DNA of 64,000 nt from Eledone cirrhosa (lineage: Eukaryota). Positions 11,150 to 24,722 of the stretch are shown piece by piece (the first letter of the stretch is position 1; every line of letters begins with the position of its first letter). Location of the stretch: positions 992,001 to 1,056,000 of the forward strand of contig OZ024740.1 of NCBI GenBank assembly GCA_964016885.1, in the 5' to 3' direction. The position numbers were made by a program, and so were the translations under genes. A model generated the notes under the pieces. That model worked only from the letters and a program-made list of their open reading frames with translations, did not search any database and was not told the origin of the DNA.

Positions 11150-12335
11150 TGAGCTATGAGACCCTCTTATCAGCACTTTTCCTTCCACCCACACAGTTGT
11201 ACCCTGCACCTAGGCTGGTGGCAGCCAGCCGCTTCGTGCCCCATGCCCCATCCTCCATCCCCACCAGTCGACACCTGCAGCACCTCGCATAGTGGAGATG
11301 CAGAAACTGTCTCTTTGCCTCGTCTGCCCAGCCACGGCCGTCTAGCACACCACCAGATGAGACAGCCAGCTTGCCTGATGCCCAAGTGTCGCTGGTCATC
11401 ATCGCTCGGCCCAGACGGTGCCGGAAGATCCCACTCAGGATCCCGAGAGCAGCCCAGATGCCAGTAGCCAATGCCCTTGCTTCCTCGATTGATAGTACCA
11501 TGGATTCCAATCGAACCAGCGACTGGCTGCGACTTTTCTAATTCGCCCCACTCGCCCTCGGCCTCCCCATCTCTGGTGTTGTCCGAGGTGGCAGGTCGAC
11601 AGCAGCCTTTGTCAAGGCCAATGTTTCGTCCTTTGGGCAAGTGCCCATTCCCAGCGTTCCTAAGGACACCACACACCCCGCTCTCAGGTGCCGCCAATCC
11701 ACCACCCTTGAGGCCAGCACCAAGCATTTGCGTGACTGTGTAAACGCCAAATTAATCATGGGTGATGTCTCGACTGCAGTCAGAGTGGTGGCCTTGGAGG
11801 ACACTGTCCTCCAATCCACCGAGGAGGTCCTGGCTGCCCTGTGACTCAAGCACCCTGAGCCACTCGCTGATCTCAGACCCATAGCCCCACCCGATCCCCA
11901 CTTGCTCCTTGTGGCTTCCAATGCAGACATCATGTCCGCCATCAAGTCCTTCCCAGCAAGCAGCTAGGTGCTGATGGTAACCGGCCTGGCCACCTCAAGG
12001 AGTTGCTATCCCCCCTCTCCACTGAGGCCGGGCGCTGCCTTCTGAGTGCAATTGTGGCACTCACCAATAAGCTAATCCATGGCGCCCTGGACCCTCATGC
12101 CCAAGGCCTCTTTATGGCTACCCTGACCGCTCTCAGGAAGAAAGAAGGTGGCATATGCCCCATCTCTGTGGGCAATGTCTTCCAGGGGCTGGCTGGTCTG
12201 CAGGGCCATAACACCTGAACTGGGTTAGGAGTTCAGTCCGGTGCAATTGGGTGTCTGCGTGTGAGGAGGCCGCACATGTAACCCGGCAGTTCTTCAACAG
12301 CTGCACACCGGAACTGGCATCCAGGGACTCCAGGC
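11150..12335 (+). mobile_element. Decayed GC-rich non-LTR retrotransposon, CRE-like
   Basis: KLIMGDVSTAVRVVA, LKHP, AIKSFP..GADGNRPGHLK and LTALRKKEGGICPISVG resemble the start of CRE-type RTs. Confidence 0.6.
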
Positions 12336-12718
12336 ACCTCATTGTCAATGTGGTTGGCATAAGGAAGGGCATCCAGCCAGAAAAGCCCCTATATGAGCTG
12401 TCACAGTCACCCGACACAACTTGCCTCAAAATAGAACCTGTGTAACCCATGGAAGATAGATGTTAATCGATGATGGTGATGATGATGTTATATATGTAGT
12501 GTATACATAGTATGTATAGTGCATATATATATATGATAAATGCTGGTGTCAAGCTGTTTCAGCCATTCCTCTGGACATTATATATAGTGTATGTATGTAG
12601 TATATATATATATATATATATAGTGTATATAATAGTTGTAATGTCACGGGTGCCGATCTATATCAGCCTTTCCCTTGGACAACATGACATATAGTCTATA
12701 TATATTGGACAATATTAT

Positions 12719-12966
12719 CATCATCATCATCATCATCATCACCGTTTTACGTCCGTTCTTCCACACTAGCATGGGTTAGACGGGTTGTCCTGTTGTGGGC
12801 AGTGTCTGGTCGGCTGACCATGCCTTGCTCATACAGGAACTGATTTGGCTTAATTTCTACAGCTGGATGCCTTAGGAAGGGCATCCAGCTGTAGAAATCA
12901 AGCCAGAATCAGTTCCCGTCCCACCCTTGCAAGCAGGGAAAAGCGGACGTAAAATGAAATGAAATG
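12719..12966. mobile_element. Two opposite-orientation RTE/SINE tails fused back to back
   Basis: (CAT)n tail on the left, 'aaatgaaatgaaatgat' tail on the right. Junction ctacagctggatgcc-ttaggaag-ggcatccagctgtag. Confidence 0.75.
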
Positions 12967-13102
12967 ATATATATATATATATACATACACACACATACAT
13001 ACTTATATATATGTATGTAAAAGGTAAACAGAAATAACAACACAATCGGTACAATATATGGAAGGGATATATTAGGTTATCACTTGATATAGCAGGAAGA
13101 GG

Positions 13103-13140
13103 ACCTTAATGTTTCGGATGCTAGTCCTTCATCAGAAGAA
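13103..13140 (-). ncRNA. Hammerhead-like core, probable Penelope 3'-end relic
   Basis: ttctt-CTGATGA-aGGActagcaTCC-GAAAcatta-agg. Stems I and III are weak. Confidence 0.5.
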
Positions 13141-13659
13141 AGAATGAGAAATAAAATACATTGAGGGGACGCGCGGGTTGGAATTGGAAAAAATGTCTTT
13201 AGATAAAAATAACAGGTCCATTCATGTTGACATCTCTTGTAAAACTGTTGGTGCTAGCGTTTTGTGTATGATTTATTTTTTTAGAAAAGTGGATGATGGA
13301 TCGCGTCTACCTGAAATGGAAAAAAAAACGTTTTGTAAAAAGAGCTATACTTGTGCACGTACGTAAGCATGTGTGTGTGTGTTGTTATACGTCCATACGA
13401 AGCTAAGAAGAAATGTATGTGTATATGTGAGTAAAAGAGTGTATATATATACATACATACATATATATACCCAACCAGTGTATTAATGCCAAAACAATTA
13501 TCAGCACAGCAACAAATATATATCGCAATAACTGTGTAAACAGCAATAACACTAACCATGTTAGAGCTGCGCACGGTAGTGGGGTGGCAGGTGCGGCCAT
13601 GTATGAGAACATCCCCCCACCCCGACTGTCTTCAAGCAATCACACTACAGGAAAAGGAA

Positions 13660-15195
13660 AATATGAAGACGTCGCATCTCAGAGTTGCAACACTTAATGT
13701 TGGCACTCTAACATGTACATCTGGTGAGATAGCGGATGTGCTGGAGGGAAGGCATGTGGATGTGTGCTGCGTGCAAGAGGTGAGATGGAGAGGTGCCTCT
13801 GCGAAACTAATCACAGGCAAACACCTTACTTATAAGCTTTTCTGGGTAATGATGATGGGTTAGGAGGAGTAGGCATTTTCCTGGCTGAGAGATGGATCAA
13901 TAAGACAATAGAGGTAGTTTGAGTTAGTAATAGAATAATTAAGCTTAGATTAGTTGTAGGCAGGAGACTACTGACAATCATCTCTGCCTATGCACCCCAG
14001 GCAGGCCTAGGTAAAGAAGAAAATGACTGCTTTTACAAACAGCCACAATGACAGAGAACAGAGACATTGTTATGCTAGCAGGGGACTTCAATGGTCATGT
14101 TGGACACCTCCAGGATGGTTACACTGGGGTACATGGTGGTCACGGTTACGGTGCAAAAAATGAAGGAGTGAGACTTCTTGAATTTTGTGATGCAAGTGCA
14201 CTAATCATTTGCAACACTAACTTCCAGAAACCTGTCAACCACCTAATAACCTACAAATCAGGCGAGCACATAAGCCAGATTGACTTCTCACTAGTTAGGC
14301 AGCAGGACAGGCAGGTGGTGTCAAATACCAAGGCATACCCTGGGGAAAGAATGTACCCCACAGCATAGGTTAGGCGTTAGTGATATCTCACTAAGCAAGA
14401 GACGGAATGAGACATACAGGAAGGTGTGGAGAAGAAAGGTCTGGAAGCTAAAAGACCTTTCACTAAAATACAAATTTAGGAAAGCCTTTCAAGATGTGTA
14501 TGACGAAAAAGAAGACGATTTAGAGTCGTATGACATAGATAATAACTGGAATTTCTTATGTGACAACTTACTGCAGGCTACTGATGAAACTTCTGGCTGG
14601 AGCAGAACTCCAACCAGACAGAGAGTGACCTGGTGGTGGAACAACACGGTAGATAGGGCCATTAGAGACAAAAGACTAGCATGGAATTCTTGGAAAAAGG
14701 GTGGGAGTAGAGAAGGATATACAGCTGCTAAGAGAGAAGCTAGATATCAGGTGTATTAAGCACGCAGGAAGGCTGAGAGTAGGAGGTTTGCCAATGTTCT
14801 GCGACGGGAAGATCAGAGACGGCCGGTGTTCCACATTGCAAGGCAGTGTGTCATTGCAAATCAGGATGTTGTTGGAGATAAATGTGTCCGGAATGGTGTC
14901 GGTGTACTTAATGTTACGAATGATCAGAAAAAGGAGGCCTGGAAATGTCATTATGAGAAACTGATGAATGTGGAGAACAAATGGGAGTGAGAGAAATTAC
15001 CCTCAGTAGATCCGACAGAGGGACCAACTATTGAGATTGAGGAATTAAGGAAATGAAAAATGGAATGGCTGCTAGACTGTCGGGGATAGTTGCTGAGATG
15101 CTGAAGGCATCAGGGGACGTAGGCACTAAACTGGTTGTACGCATCATCAATCAGGTTATATATGGTGGTGTCATACCCAAAGACTGGTACAGCAG
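13660..15195 (+). mobile_element. Decayed RTE LINE, AP endonuclease to start of RT
   Basis: LRVATLNVGTL, VCCVQEVRW, AGDFNGHVG, SQIDF and TWWWN motifs, with many stops. Confidence 0.9.
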
Positions 15196-17450
15196 TCATC
15201 ATCATCATCATCATCACCGTTTTACGTCCGTTCTTCCACGCTAGCATGGGTTAGACGGGTTGTCCTGTTGTGGGCAGTGTCTGGTCGGCTGACCATGCCT
15301 TGCTCATACAGGAACTGATTTGGCTTGATTTCTACAGCTGGATACCCTTCCTAACACCAACCTCATTTACAGTGAGTGCTGGGTGCTTTTTCGTGGTGCC
15401 TACACGTCCACTTTACAGTGTGGGCTGGGTGCTTTTTTGCCGTGGCACCTCCACGACCACCTTGCAGTGGGGGCATATTGTCTATATGCTTCAGCTGGTA
15501 CCCATGGGAGGTCGGGTACTCTGTATTACTGCGTGACGCCAGAAGTCACGGTTGTGTGTCATCGCCTTTGAGAGGTGTAATTGGGTAAGGTCGACTTTTA
15601 TCACCTCATCCCAGGTCATCTTGGGTCTCCCCACTCCGCGGTTTCCATCGACTTCTAGTGCTCTGCACCTTTTTATGCAGCTGTCATCCTTCATACGCAT
15701 CACATGTCCATACCAATGCAACCGCCTCTTCTGCACACAGCATTTGATTCCTCTTATGCTCAGTCTCTCTCTCAATTCATTTATGCTTTGTCGCTTGCGT
15801 ATATTACTATTACACATCCATCGGAGCATGCAGGCTTCGTTTCTCTCTAATCTACGCAAGTCTTCCACCTTCAGCGCCCAGGTCTCACTACCATGTAACA
15901 TTGCTGTTCGGATACACGCATCATACAGTCTGCCTTTCATTTTGAGGGAGAAGCCTTTTGCAGCTAGCAGTGGCAGTAGTTCCCTGAACTTCTTCCATCC
16001 CGTTCTTACCCTAGTTATTAACACCCACCTCCGCTGCTAATTCGGTCACCTAGGTAGCAGAAGCTGTCTACTGTCTCTACAGAGCTCTCCCAGAGATTGG
16101 TGGTACTTGTTTCCTGTGGCTGTTTGCTGCTTGCTGTCCCAGTACAGCTGCTGCATGTGAAGCCTACATTCTTAATTAAGCTTCCTGAGATCCCGCTACA
16201 TCTCTTGTGTACCCATTGTTTGCATTTGGGGCAGAGAATGGGGTTCCTACCTACACCTTTCCTACATACTGAGCAAGGCCATTTCCCTGAGGGGATCTGG
16301 GTTCTGTTTTCTCGTCTACTTACAAGGACCTTAGTCTTTGTCATGTTGACTTTGAGACCTTTTCTTTCTAGTCCCTGCTTCCAAGTTTGGAATTTCTTCT
16401 CTAGTTCTACCATAGATTCAGCTATAAGTGCGAGGTCATCAGCATACACGAGTTCCCATGGGCATCTAGTCTTAAACTCCTCCGTTATTGCCTGCAGGAA
16501 AACGATGAACAGGAGAGGGATAAGAACAGAGCCCTGGTGGACACCAACCTGTATGCTAAATTCCTCGCTATACTCATTGCTAAACCTAACTTTGCTGACT
16601 GCTCCCCTATACATGGCTTGTACAGCTTTCACAAGCCATTCATCTACTCCTAGTTTTCTAAGAGCCCACCAGATTACAGCACGTGGAACTCTGTCAAAGG
16701 CTTTCTCAAGATCGACGAATGCCAGGTAGAGTGGCTTACTTTTAGCTAGACACTTTTCCTGTAACTGCCTCACAAGGAAGAGGGCATGAGTGGTGCCTCT
16801 TCCTGGTACAAACCCAAATTGCATCTCATCTAGTTTCACCCGGTCCCTAATCAACTGTGCTATAACTCGTTCTGTTACTTTCATGACCTGGTCCATCAGC
16901 TTTATACCTCTATAGTTTCCTCTATCTAGTGCATCACCTTTACCTTTGTAGCAGTTGGCAATGATGCTACTGCACCAATCTTTTGGTATGGCACCTTCTA
17001 GTATTACCTGGTTAACAATACGTGTGGTTATAGTGTGACCTACAGACCCAGATGCCTTCAGCATCTCGGCAGCTATACCCGATGGACCGGTTGCCTTCCC
17101 CATCTTCATATCTTTGATTGCCTTACTTACTACGTTGCTGCTGATTTGTACTGCTGGTCCCTCTATAGGGTCTACTTGGGGTAGGGTCTCTTCTTCCCAT
17201 GCATTCTCCTCATTTAGTAATCTATCATAATGACTCTTCCATGCATCTTTCTTCTCAGCACTTGTGAGGGCAAGCTCACCTTTATCATTCCGGATACACT
17301 TCTCTCCAATGACATCACAATTCTCTCTGATACACTGCCTCGCAATCTTGAACACCTCCTGTTTCTGGTCCTCACGTTGCAAAACATGCTTGAATTTTCT
17401 ATCCTCTGCTTCCCTCCTAGCTAAGTATACTTGTCGCCTAGCTTCCCTCT
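15196..17450 (-). mobile_element. Young 5'-truncated RTE LINE
   Basis: ORF 16018-17382 (454 aa, LVYADD, Cys-rich CSVC/CPKC/HKRC insert) and ORF 15491-16024, split by a ~10-bp deletion relative to 26500-26520. (CAT)n tail. Confidence 0.95.
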
Positions 17451-17593
17451 TGGTCTCTATGTAATGTACCCTGCTCTATGTAATGTGGTGTATATATATA
17501 ATGTTCTGTGTAATGTACACCCTCTATATAATGTGGTGTATATAGTAGTTGTGACAATATTCTATATACATATGTACACACACATTGACAAAC

Positions 17594-18046
17594 ATCATCA
17601 TAATCATCATCATCATCAACGTTTAACGTCCGTGTTCCACGCTTGCATGGGTTTGGACAGGGGTATTCCCACTTGAGGCAAGAGTGATTGTCTTGCTCGC
17701 ATAGGACAGTCTGGCAGGTTTTCTACAGTTGGATGCCCTTCCTAACACCAACCACATTTACAGTGTGGGTCTGGGAGGTTTTTACCGTGTTGCCTACACG
17801 GCCACATTACAGTGTGGACTGTGTGTTTTTTTGTCGTGACACCTACACGATCTCATTTGTTTCGGCCTGGATGGCGCGGCACCAACATAACTTTACATAG
17901 AACGGGGTGGTGTGGATGTGGTGGGACGGGGTGTATTTTGTTAGAGATGCCTACTGGCTGTAGTAGGTTTTACTATGTATTTAGGTAAGGCGGGTCTTCT
18001 CTGTTACTGAGTACCGCCAAAGGTCTCGGTCCAGTGACATTGTCTA
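17594..18046 (-). mobile_element. RTE 3' end fragment (same subfamily as the 54860-55425 region)
   Basis: Reverse complement matches 54860-55425. Flanked by a short 'aacat' duplication. Confidence 0.8.
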
Positions 18047-18279
18047 ACATGTATATACATATAGAAGGGTCGGATGAGGAGTTCATAGGCTGCCCAAGTT
18101 ACTCTCATGGAATGAGACAATGTATACACACACACATATATACTATATATATGTATACAAACACATATATTTTATAGTGAAGTCATACATCATATTGTAA
18201 TATCATGTTTTCAATTTTCATTGTGTCCTTAAGCAAGACACATCATTCCACATGTTTTTGTTTTTCATCTCCGTTTTTT

Positions 18280-18857
18280 AAATGTTTTATTACCTTTAAT
18301 AATGTGTTTTGTTTTAATACGAACAGTTATGTAAAATTAATAATAGAACTAGCATATTAATTGAACGTGGTAAGTAACATAACGGAAGTTGTTTAAATGT
18401 ATTAAATTATGTAGGGGACTTTTAAGTCATGACACCGGTGTCAACTAGACAGTGTAAAATTACCATTTACCTCATCTAATTTTATCTTTTATGGTGATTA
18501 TTTCATATTAAGGTGAACGTTAATGTTTGTAAATAACATAAGGTGACTTATTTACCTTATAGTTGTTGTTTTATCACCTGTATTATTAAATATTGAAGTG
18601 GTTGTTCAACATTTTACAGGACAGGAAAATATTATTTTAATCAGAAATCAGTGAACATTTAGTTTTTACTAACTTTTCTTGACTTTATATTTGGTCTTGA
18701 AAACTAAAGTACGTATTATTTCGTTTTCCATCACAACACAAACATTGTGAACTTTTCTATCTGAAGTGAAATATCTTGAATTATTACAACACCTACACAC
18801 ATATTTCTACACACACACGTCTATTTATTTATTTCTCTCATACGTACACACTGTATG

Positions 18858-18900
<43 letters not shown>

Positions 18901-19074
18901 CAATCTTCATCTTTTGAAATTATCGATATTAATTCTCTTGTCACCTGAACTGTCCTCAATAACAACAACTTTAACTATAGAAGATCGATTCGTCTGTTTT
19001 ATGAGCTGAGGATTTTATTGTGAATAGAGCTTCTCTCACCTTAACAAAAATAAAAAATACACACACACACACAT

Positions 19075-19137
<63 letters not shown>

Positions 19138-19842
19138 CACTTGCTTTTTCTTCTTCCAAGATCAGTCTTACGCTTTCACACATCTTATTACTTTACCAAC
19201 TGAATGCTACATTTCTTAATATTTTATTACCTATAATATTGTGTTTTGTTTTATGAACAACTATGTAAAATTAATAATGTTATTTATACAAATCTGAATA
19301 AAGAACTAACATATAGATTGAACGTGTGAAGCAATATAACGGAAGTTGTTTCTGAATATATTAAATTGTGTAGGGGACATTTAAGTCATGACACCGGTGT
19401 CAACTAGACAGTGTAAATTTACCATTTATATCAGCTCCATTGTTACAACTTAAACCTCATCTAATTTTATCTTTTATGGTGATTATTTCATATTAAGGTG
19501 AACGTTAATGTTTGTAAATAACATAAGGTGACTTATTTACCTTATAGTTGTTGTTTTATCACCTGTATTATTAAATATTGAAGTGGTTGTTCAACATTTT
19601 ACAGGACAGGAAAATATTATTTTAATCAGAAATCAGTGAACATTTAGTTTTTACTAACTTTTCTTGACTTTATATTTGGTCTTGAAAACTAAAGTACGTA
19701 TTATTTCGTTTTCCATCACAACACAAACATTGTGAACTTTTCTATCTGAAGTGAAATATCTTGAATTATTACAACACCTACACACATATTTCTACACACA
19801 CACGTCTATTTATTTATTTCTCTCATACGTACACACTGTATG

Positions 19843-19885
<43 letters not shown>

Positions 19886-20059
19886 CAATCTTCATCTTTT
19901 GAAATTATCGATATTAATTCTCTTGTCACCTGAACTGTCCTCAATAACAACAACTTTAACTATAGAAGATCGATTCGTCTGTTTTATGAGCTGAGGATTT
20001 TATTGTGAATAGAGCTTCTCTCACCTTAACAAAAATAAAAAATACACACACACACACAT

Positions 20060-20124
<65 letters not shown>

Positions 20125-21210
20125 CACTTGCTTTTTCTTCTTCCAAGATCAGTCTTACGCTTTCACACATCTTATTACTTTACCAACTGAATGCTACATT
20201 TCTTAATATTTTATTACCTATAATATTGTGTTTTGTTTTATGAACAACTATGTAAAATTAATAATGTTATTTATACAAATCTGAATAAAGAACTAACATA
20301 TAGATTGAACGTGTGAAGCAATATAACGGAAGTTGTTTCTGAATATATTAAATTGTGTAGGGGACATTTAAGTCATGACACCGGTGTCAACTAGACAGTG
20401 TAAATTTACCATTTATATCAGCTCCATTGTTACAACTTAAACCTCATCTAATTTTATCTTTTATGGTGATTATTTCATATTAAGGTGGACGTTAATGTTT
20501 ATAAATAACATAAGGTGACTTATTTACCTTATAGTTGTTGTTTTATCACCTGTATTGTTAAATATTGAAGTGGTTGTTCAACATTTTACAGAACAGGAAA
20601 ATATTATTTTAATCAGAAATCAGTGAACATTTAGTTTTTACTAACTTTTCTTGACTTTATATTTGGTCTTGAAAACTAAAGTACGTATTATTTCGTTTTC
20701 CATCACAACACAAACATTGTGAACTTTTCTATCTGAAGTGAAATATCTTGATTTATTACAACACCTACACACATATTTCTACACACAGCTATTTATTTCT
20801 CTCTCTCATACTTACACACTCTATGTCTGTATATATATTAACCTTCATCTTTTGAAATTATTGATATTAATTCTTTTGTTACCTGAACTGTCCTCAATAA
20901 CAAGAACCTTAACTATAGAAGATCGATTCGTCTGTTTTATGAGCTGAGGATTTTATTGTGAATAGAGCTTCTCTCACCTTAACAAAAATAATAGTGGTAT
21001 ATTCGACAATAATCACACACACATATATATGAGCACTTGCCTTTTCTTCATCCAAGATCAGTCTTACGCTGACATATGTCTTATTACTCGTACCAACTAA
21101 ATGCTACATTACAACTTTGTAGAAGAAGAAAGCCGAGTTCTGCAGTCTTTTATGGACACTCTGTATATTAGACTACATGGCATCATATTAACGATATCTA
21201 CATTTCTTAA
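18280..21210 (+). repeat. Tandem triplication (~985 bp) of the ZNF upstream module
   Basis: Homologous positions at 18766, 19751 and 20738. Junctions at 'catttcttaa' (19210, 20197). Confidence 0.95.
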
Positions 21211-21262
21211 TTATCTCTAGAAGTGGTAAGAATCCTTTATGTAAAGATCTCTAGCTAGAAAT

Positions 21263-22108
21263 ATGTCTGAATATAGCTGTGAGATTTGTAGGAAAACTTT
21301 CTCTTCAAAACTGAAACTATCCTCACATGGGAAAATACACACTGGAGAAAAACCCTTCCCTTGTGAAATATGTGGGAAATCTTTTACTTATAATTCCAAT
21401 CTTGTCGTCCACATACGGAGTCACACTGGAGAAAAACCCTTCCACTGTGAAATATGTGGGAAATCTTTTGTCTTGAACACTGCTTTAAAAAGGCATATAA
21501 GAACACACACTGGAGAAAAACCTTTTGCATGTGAAATATGTGGGAAATCTTTTTCTCAAGATTCTCATCTTGTAGATCACAAAAGAGTACACACAGGAGA
21601 AAAACCTTATTCATGTGAAATATGTGGGAAATCTTTTTCTAATAGTTCTCATCTTGTATATCACAAAAGAATACACACAGGTGAAAAACCTTATTCATGT
21701 GAAATATGTGGGAAATCTTTTTCTAGTAATTCTATTCTTGTACAGCACAAAAGAATACACACAGGAGAAAGGCCTTATTCATGTGAAATATGTGGGAAAT
21801 CTTTTTCTCAGAGTTATCATCGTGTACGTCACCAAAGGTCACACACTGGTGAAAAACCCTTCCATTGTGAAATATGTAGGAAATCTTTTTCTTGTAGTTC
21901 TCATCTTGTAAATCACAAAAGAATACACACTGGTGAAAAACCCTTCCATTGTGAAATATGTGGGAAATCTTTTTCTCGGAGTTCTCCTCTTGAACGTCAC
22001 AAAAGAATACATACTGGTGAAAAACCTTATTCATGTGAAATATGTGGGAAATCTTTCTCTCAGAATTCTTCACTGGTTGTTCACCTACGTAGTCAACACT
22101 TGCGATAA
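21263..22108 (+). CDS. Finger-only C2H2 zinc finger protein, 10 fingers (ZNF copy 2)
   Basis: 281-aa uninterrupted ORF of CEICGKSF..L..H...H-TGEKP repeats. No N-terminal effector domain in the ORF. Confidence 0.92.
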   Translation: MSEYSCEICRKTFSSKLKLSSHGKIHTGEKPFPCEICGKSFTYNSNLVVHIRSHTGEKPFHCEICGKSFVLNTALKRHIRTHTGEKPFACEICGKSFSQDSHLVDHKRVHTGEKPYSCEICGKSFSNSSHLVYHKRIHTGEKPYSCEICGKSFSSNSILVQHKRIHTGERPYSCEICGKSFSQSYHRVRHQRSHTGEKPFHCEICRKSFSCSSHLVNHKRIHTGEKPFHCEICGKSFSRSSPLERHKRIHTGEKPYSCEICGKSFSQNSSLVVHLRSQHLR

Positions 22109-22205
22109 ACCCCATCACTGTGAAATGTGAAACACACAAATATACAGACACACTCTGGACGGAAGTATATGAAATGTGAAGCTTTGGAAATCCTTATCTT
22201 ATACT

Positions 22206-22686
22206 TATCATCATCACTGTTTTACGTCCATTCTTTCACGCTAGCATAAGTTAGACGGGTTGTCCTGTTGTGAGCAATGCCAGGTCAGGGAACTGATTTT
22301 GGCTTGATTTCTACAGTTGGATGCCCTTCCTAACAAAACCTCATTTACAGTGAGTGCTGGGTGTTTTTTCTCCCATGGTACCTACACGACTACTTTACAG
22401 TGTGGCCTGGGTGATTTTTTGTCGTGATACCTCCATGACCATTTTTGGGGAGATATTGTCTATATGCTTCAGCTTCGGCTTGTACCCGTGTGAAGTCGGG
22501 TATTCTGTATTACTGCATGACGCCAGAGATCACGGTCCTGTGTCATTGTATTTGAGAGGCGCAATTGGGCAAGGTCAGCTTTTATCACCTCATCCCAGGT
22601 CTTCTTGGTTCTCCCCACTCCATGGCTTACATCGACTTTTAGTGCTCTGCACCTGTTAGTGCAGTTGTCATCCTTCATACGCATCT
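22206..22686 (-). mobile_element. RTE 3' fragment
   Basis: ORF 22469-22684 (MRMKDDNC...GRTKKTWDEVI), UTR and CAT tail. Confidence 0.85.
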
Positions 22687-23585
22687 ATGTACATATATAT
22701 ATATATTTATATATATATATATTCCTCAATCAAACGAAATGTACTGCCATATATCGAAGATTACCACAAAAACTAGGGACCGGAGGACAAGACATACCAG
22801 ACATTCCTACCAAAGAATGGATGTCCTGATGGGTTGGCTCCTGTGGTGGATACCTAAACATAGTAAGACCCTAGTGGGATGACTGAAATTGACCTACATA
22901 GATCAGATGTCTAAGGTTGTTCAGCTGGGGATTAATGATCTCAAGAATGCCACGAAATAATAATATATATTGATGAACATTTATTATTCTCCTTCTCTGG
23001 AAGAAATCATCTGTTCCAACCTGGTGAGTGAAGGGCTCCACCAAGCTTCAAATGTCCACAGTGACACCCCTATGACTCCATCAGTGCAAGAAAAACAAAA
23101 CAAGATTGATGTGTTTATATGTGATTATGACTTTTTTTTAGAAATAATTCACATTTGAAAATACTTTACAATTTTCTTCTCTTGCCAAACAAAGGTTTGG
23201 TAGGACCCTTCAGTTGTGTCAAAGACATGACAACCTCTTTAGTACTGGTGCCACAATAAAATACACTCAGTAGAATGTGGGACCATATGTAAGAGAGATG
23301 TGGTCTCCCACTGCACCCTGGTTTGTAAAGACCTGTCCCACCCTTGCTGGCAGGGAAAGTAGACATTAAATGATGTCATTGGTGTCCAGCTGCTTCAGCT
23401 ATTCCCTTGGACAACATTATATATAATGTGTATGTAGTATATATATTGTCTATATGTAGCATATACTCTATATATATATGCAGTATTTATATATAGTGTA
23501 TATATTGTGTAAATGTAGCACACACTATATATATATTATTTATATGTATAGTGTATATTTTGTGTATCATCATTATATCTACTAT

Positions 23586-23769
23586 GGCGGTGGATTGGCA
23601 GTATCGGTAGAGGGTTGGACGCCATGCTTTCCAGCATAGTTACGTCCCTTTACAATCTGAGTTCAAATCCCGCCGAGGTTGACTTTGCCTTTCATCCTTA
23701 CGGGGTCGATAAAATAAAGTACCAGTAATGCACTGGGTAATTGCTGGCCTTGTGCCTAAAGTAGAAACA
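23586..23769 (+). mobile_element. Full-length SINE family A with 14-bp TSD
   Basis: TSD attatatctactat at 23572-23585 and 23770-23783. Empty site in the paralog near 40796. Confidence 0.92.
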
Positions 23770-24427
23770 ATTATATCTACTATTCCATGCTTGCAACAGT
23801 TGAATACGTCCTCAGCATGGCATCTCTCCACTAGATGCGTTCCTTCGTCATCTCCTCTTCCAGTTTTATCGATTTTAGTTTGGCTCTCACAACATTTGCC
23901 CCTGACTTTCTTGGTCGTCCTCTACTATGGTTTCCTTCCTTCCATAGTTTCTGTAGGGTGGGGCTGAATCACAGCTCAGATTGGAATATAGTGTCTGTCC
24001 CTTTCCCTCTCCCATTAGTTACATTGCTTGATTCCTTTTTCTTCTTTTCGTTTCCATTTCTTAAATATTTTATTACCTTTAATAATGTATTTTGGTTTAA
24101 TATGAGCAGTTATATAAAATTCCGAATGTTATTTACACAAATCTGAATAAAGAACTAGCATATTGATTGAAGGTGTGAATTAATATAAGTGAAGTTGTTT
24201 CTGAATGTATTAAATTATGTAGGGGACTTTTAAGTCATGTCACCATCCGGAAAAGGAAACACAGTCAACGACATCACGTACCTGCCATCTTAATTATAAC
24301 TTTAATTAATCTAATTATATTTTATGTTGTAATTATCTCATGTTAAAGTGAAAGTTAATATTATGTAGATAACAGAGTGAGCTACATGTTTCAAGGTAGG
24401 TGTTCCTACATGATTAAATATTTCATT

Positions 24428-24722
24428 TCATGTGAGAAATCTTTTACAGATAGTTTGGTACTTAATAAACATATATGTCTTCAGACTGGAGGAAAGAAAC
24501 TTCCAGTGTGAAACATGTTGGACATCTTTTATTCAGAATTCTACTCGTGTAGGCCATATATTCAGACTGCAGAAAAAGGACCTTCCCCTGTGAAATTTGT
24601 GGGAAATATTTTGTGACTAACAGTAACTTAGAAACACACACACTGGTGATAAAACTATTTAACTGTGAACCCTGAGATACCCTTCCTTTTACCAGTCTAA
24701 ACTTATTGTCCACCAACATCAA
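24428..24722 (+). pseudogene. Highly decayed C2H2 ZNF relic (~4 fingers)
   Basis: Fragments FQCETCWTSFIQNS and FPCEICGKYFVTNSNLETH. Preceded by the ZNF upstream module (24060-24245). Confidence 0.75.
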
